Source: Bacteroidales bacterium
GTDB taxonomy: Bacteria; Bacteroidota; Bacteroidia; Bacteroidales; UBA3824
Reading direction: 5' to 3'
NCBI GenBank assembly: GCA_017417315.1
Contig: JAFPZK010000068.1
Coordinates: 5,104 to 69,103, forward strand
Length of the DNA: 64,000 nt
The notes beneath the pieces were generated by a model. That model did no database searches. It had not been told where the DNA came from and saw only the letters and a list, made by a program, of their open reading frames with translations. The position numbers were made by a program, and so were the translations under genes. Of the stretch, positions 62,061 through 64,000 are shown one piece after another. How positions within the stretch are numbered: the stretch's first letter is position 1; each line of letters begins with the position of its first letter.

Positions 62061-63233
62061 ATGGAAGAAGAGTTACGATACGGAAAACGCGGTGTTTCGG
62101 CATCGAAAACCGACGTTCACAACGCTATTAAAAACCTTGATAAAGGTATTTTCCCGAATGCTTTTTGCAAAATCGTCCCCGATATTTTAACCGGCGACGA
62201 CGATTACTGCGTTATCATGCACGCTGACGGCGCAGGCACTAAATCCTCTCTCGCATACGCCTACTGGAAAGAAACCGGCGATATGAGCGTTTGGGACGGA
62301 ATCGCACAAGATTCACTTATTATGAATGTTGACGACTTGATTTGTGTCGGCGCAACCGACAATATTCTTGTTTCGTCAACTATCGGCAGAAACGCTAATC
62401 TTATTCCGGGAAGCGTTATCGCAAGACTTATCAACTCTTCCGAAGAAATCATGCAGAATCTCCGCGATTACGGTATCGAAATCTATTCTACCGGCGGTGA
62501 AACCGCTGATACCGGCGATTTGACCCGTACAATTATCGTAGATTCTACCGTCGTTGCAAGAATGAAACGCAGCGAGGTTATCGAATGTAATATCAAAGAA
62601 GGCGACGTTATAGTAGGATTATCGTCTTTCGGTAAAGCATTGTACGAGAGCGGTTATAACGGCGGTATGGGAAGTAACGGTTTAACTTCCGCACGTCATG
62701 ATGTCTTCAACAAAACCGTCGCAAAAAAATATCCTGAAACTTACGACCATGCTATTGACGAGGGTCTCGTTTATTCAGGAAAGTATAATTTAACCGACCA
62801 AGTAGAAGGATTGAACGGAATTACTGCCGGAAAGTTAGTGCTTTCACCGACAAGGACTTACGCACCGATAATTAAACAAGTACTTCAAAAGTACAGAAAA
62901 AATATTTCCGCTATGATTCATTGTTCGGGCGGAGCGCAAACCAAAGTGTTAAATTTTATTGATAAAGTAAATGTTATAAAGGATAATATGTTTGATGTCC
63001 CGCCGCTGTTTAAGATGATTCAGCAGCAGAGCAAAACGCCGTGGCGGGAAATGTACAAAGTTTTCAATATGGGACACCGTTTTGAGGTTTATACCGATTT
63101 TCAGACCGCTAACGAGGTCATCAAAATTGCTGAAAACTTTTCAGTAGAAGCAAAAATTATCGGACACGTTGAAAAGTCCGAAACAAAACAAGTAACCGTG
63201 AAATCACAGTTCGGTGAATTTATTTACAATTAA
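62061..63233 (+). CDS. purM: AIR synthase-related protein (Bacteroidetes long-form phosphoribosylformylglycinamidine cyclo-ligase)
   Basis: [43 protein letters not shown]...[14 protein letters not shown]. Confidence 0.8.
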   Translation: MEEELRYGKRGVSASKTDVHNAIKNLDKGIFPNAFCKIVPDILTGDDDYCVIMHADGAGTKSSLAYAYWKETGDMSVWDGIAQDSLIMNVDDLICVGATDNILVSSTIGRNANLIPGSVIARLINSSEEIMQNLRDYGIEIYSTGGETADTGDLTRTIIVDSTVVARMKRSEVIECNIKEGDVIVGLSSFGKALYESGYNGGMGSNGLTSARHDVFNKTVAKKYPETYDHAIDEGLVYSGKYNLTDQVEGLNGITAGKLVLSPTRTYAPIIKQVLQKYRKNISAMIHCSGGAQTKVLNFIDKVNVIKDNMFDVPPLFKMIQQQSKTPWREMYKVFNMGHRFEVYTDFQTANEVIKIAENFSVEAKIIGHVEKSETKQVTVKSQFGEFIYN

Positions 63234-63235
63234 TT

Positions 63236-64000
63236 ATGGCAGAAAATCTTATTTTAGAAAAACTTGAAGGCGTAAAACAAAGGTTTGAAGAGGTTGCTTC
63301 ACAGGTTAATTCTCCTGATGCGATGCAGGATATGAAGCGTTATGTGGCTTTGAATAAAGAATTTAAAGACCTCGAACCTTTGATTCAGGCATACACGGAA
63401 TATAAAAACATATTGGGCAATATTGAGGACGCGCGTGAAATTCTCAAAAACGAGCAGGACGAAGAAATGCGCGAAATGGCAAAAGAAGAGTATGAAACCC
63501 TCACCGCGAGTTTGCCCGAAAGAGAGGAGCAGATAAAGATTATGCTTCTTCCGAAAGACCCCGAAGACGACAAAAATGCGATTATAGAGATTCGCGGCGG
63601 TACGGGCGGTGACGAAGCGGCTATTTTTGCCGGCGACCTCTACCGTATGTACACCAAATATTGCGAAAAACGCCGTTGGAAAATCGAAGTTACACGCTTT
63701 ACCGAAGGCACGATGGGCGGTTATAAAGAAATCGTTTTTACCGTTTCGAGTGCTAACGAGGGCGTTTACGGAATTATGAAGTATGAATCGGGCGTTCACC
63801 GCGTTCAGCGTGTGCCGCAAACTGAAACTCAGGGCAGAATCCACACTTCGGCGGCCTCGGTTGTAGTTTTGCCGGAGGCAGGAGAATTTGACGTGGATTT
63901 GAAGGAATCAGACATCAGAAAAGATACGTATTGTTCTTCGGGTCCGGGCGGTCAGAGCGTCAACACGACATATTCGGCTATACGTTTGACACATATTCCG
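63236..64000 (+). CDS. prfA: peptide chain release factor 1, 3' end outside the window
   Basis: [20 protein letters not shown]..., [17 protein letters not shown], and the GGQ motif [11 protein letters not shown] at ~63940-63970. The frame is open to the window end. Confidence 0.95.
   Translation, partial: MAENLILEKLEGVKQRFEEVASQVNSPDAMQDMKRYVALNKEFKDLEPLIQAYTEYKNILGNIEDAREILKNEQDEEMREMAKEEYETLTASLPEREEQIKIMLLPKDPEDDKNAIIEIRGGTGGDEAAIFAGDLYRMYTKYCEKRRWKIEVTRFTEGTMGGYKEIVFTVSSANEGVYGIMKYESGVHRVQRVPQTETQGRIHTSAASVVVLPEAGEFDVDLKESDIRKDTYCSSGPGGQSVNTTYSAIRLTHIP

Overview
The window looks like a Bacteroidota (Bacteroidales-like) chromosome. This is inferred from the many TAnnTTTG -7 boxes 25-35 nt upstream of start codons, the lipoprotein and glycoside-hydrolase content, and typical Bacteroides ATPase/PD-(D/E)XK gene families. 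No database search was possible, so every family call rests on motifs read by eye. Conserved flanks are 1-10.6 kb on the left (initiator tRNA-Met, panC-panD, M23 peptidase, dxr, GH97/GH8/GH3 glycan genes) and 62-64 kb on the right (purM-like AIR synthase, prfA). Between them lie about 51 kb of mosaic accessory DNA. It holds two Fic genes, a type II R-M pair, a RAYT with its REP elements, an Rpn-like nuclease, a DUF1016 nuclease, and five intact plus two fragmentary ATPase/PD-(D/E)XK-type genes. It also holds many secreted paralogues with a WNGEKFV-type C-terminus and numerous gene fragments bounded by short direct repeats. The strongest novelty candidate is a tight five-gene minus-strand operon at 15842-23874. 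It encodes a J-like membrane protein lacking HPD, a signal-peptide/TM GrpE-like protein, an 834-aa Hsp70, a kinase-AAA+-GNAT triple fusion and a TerB-like protein. Upstream of it is an ~800-bp divergent intergenic region containing a long imperfect hairpin with competing complementarities and five exactly 32-bp-phased direct repeats. A second candidate is a MoxR(AAA_5)-vWA(DUF2201-like) cluster at 49182-57047 with duplicated unknown partner genes. Other points of interest are a REP doublet inserted in frame inside the RAYT gene, frameshifted lipoprotein genes, and tandem hairpin pairs.
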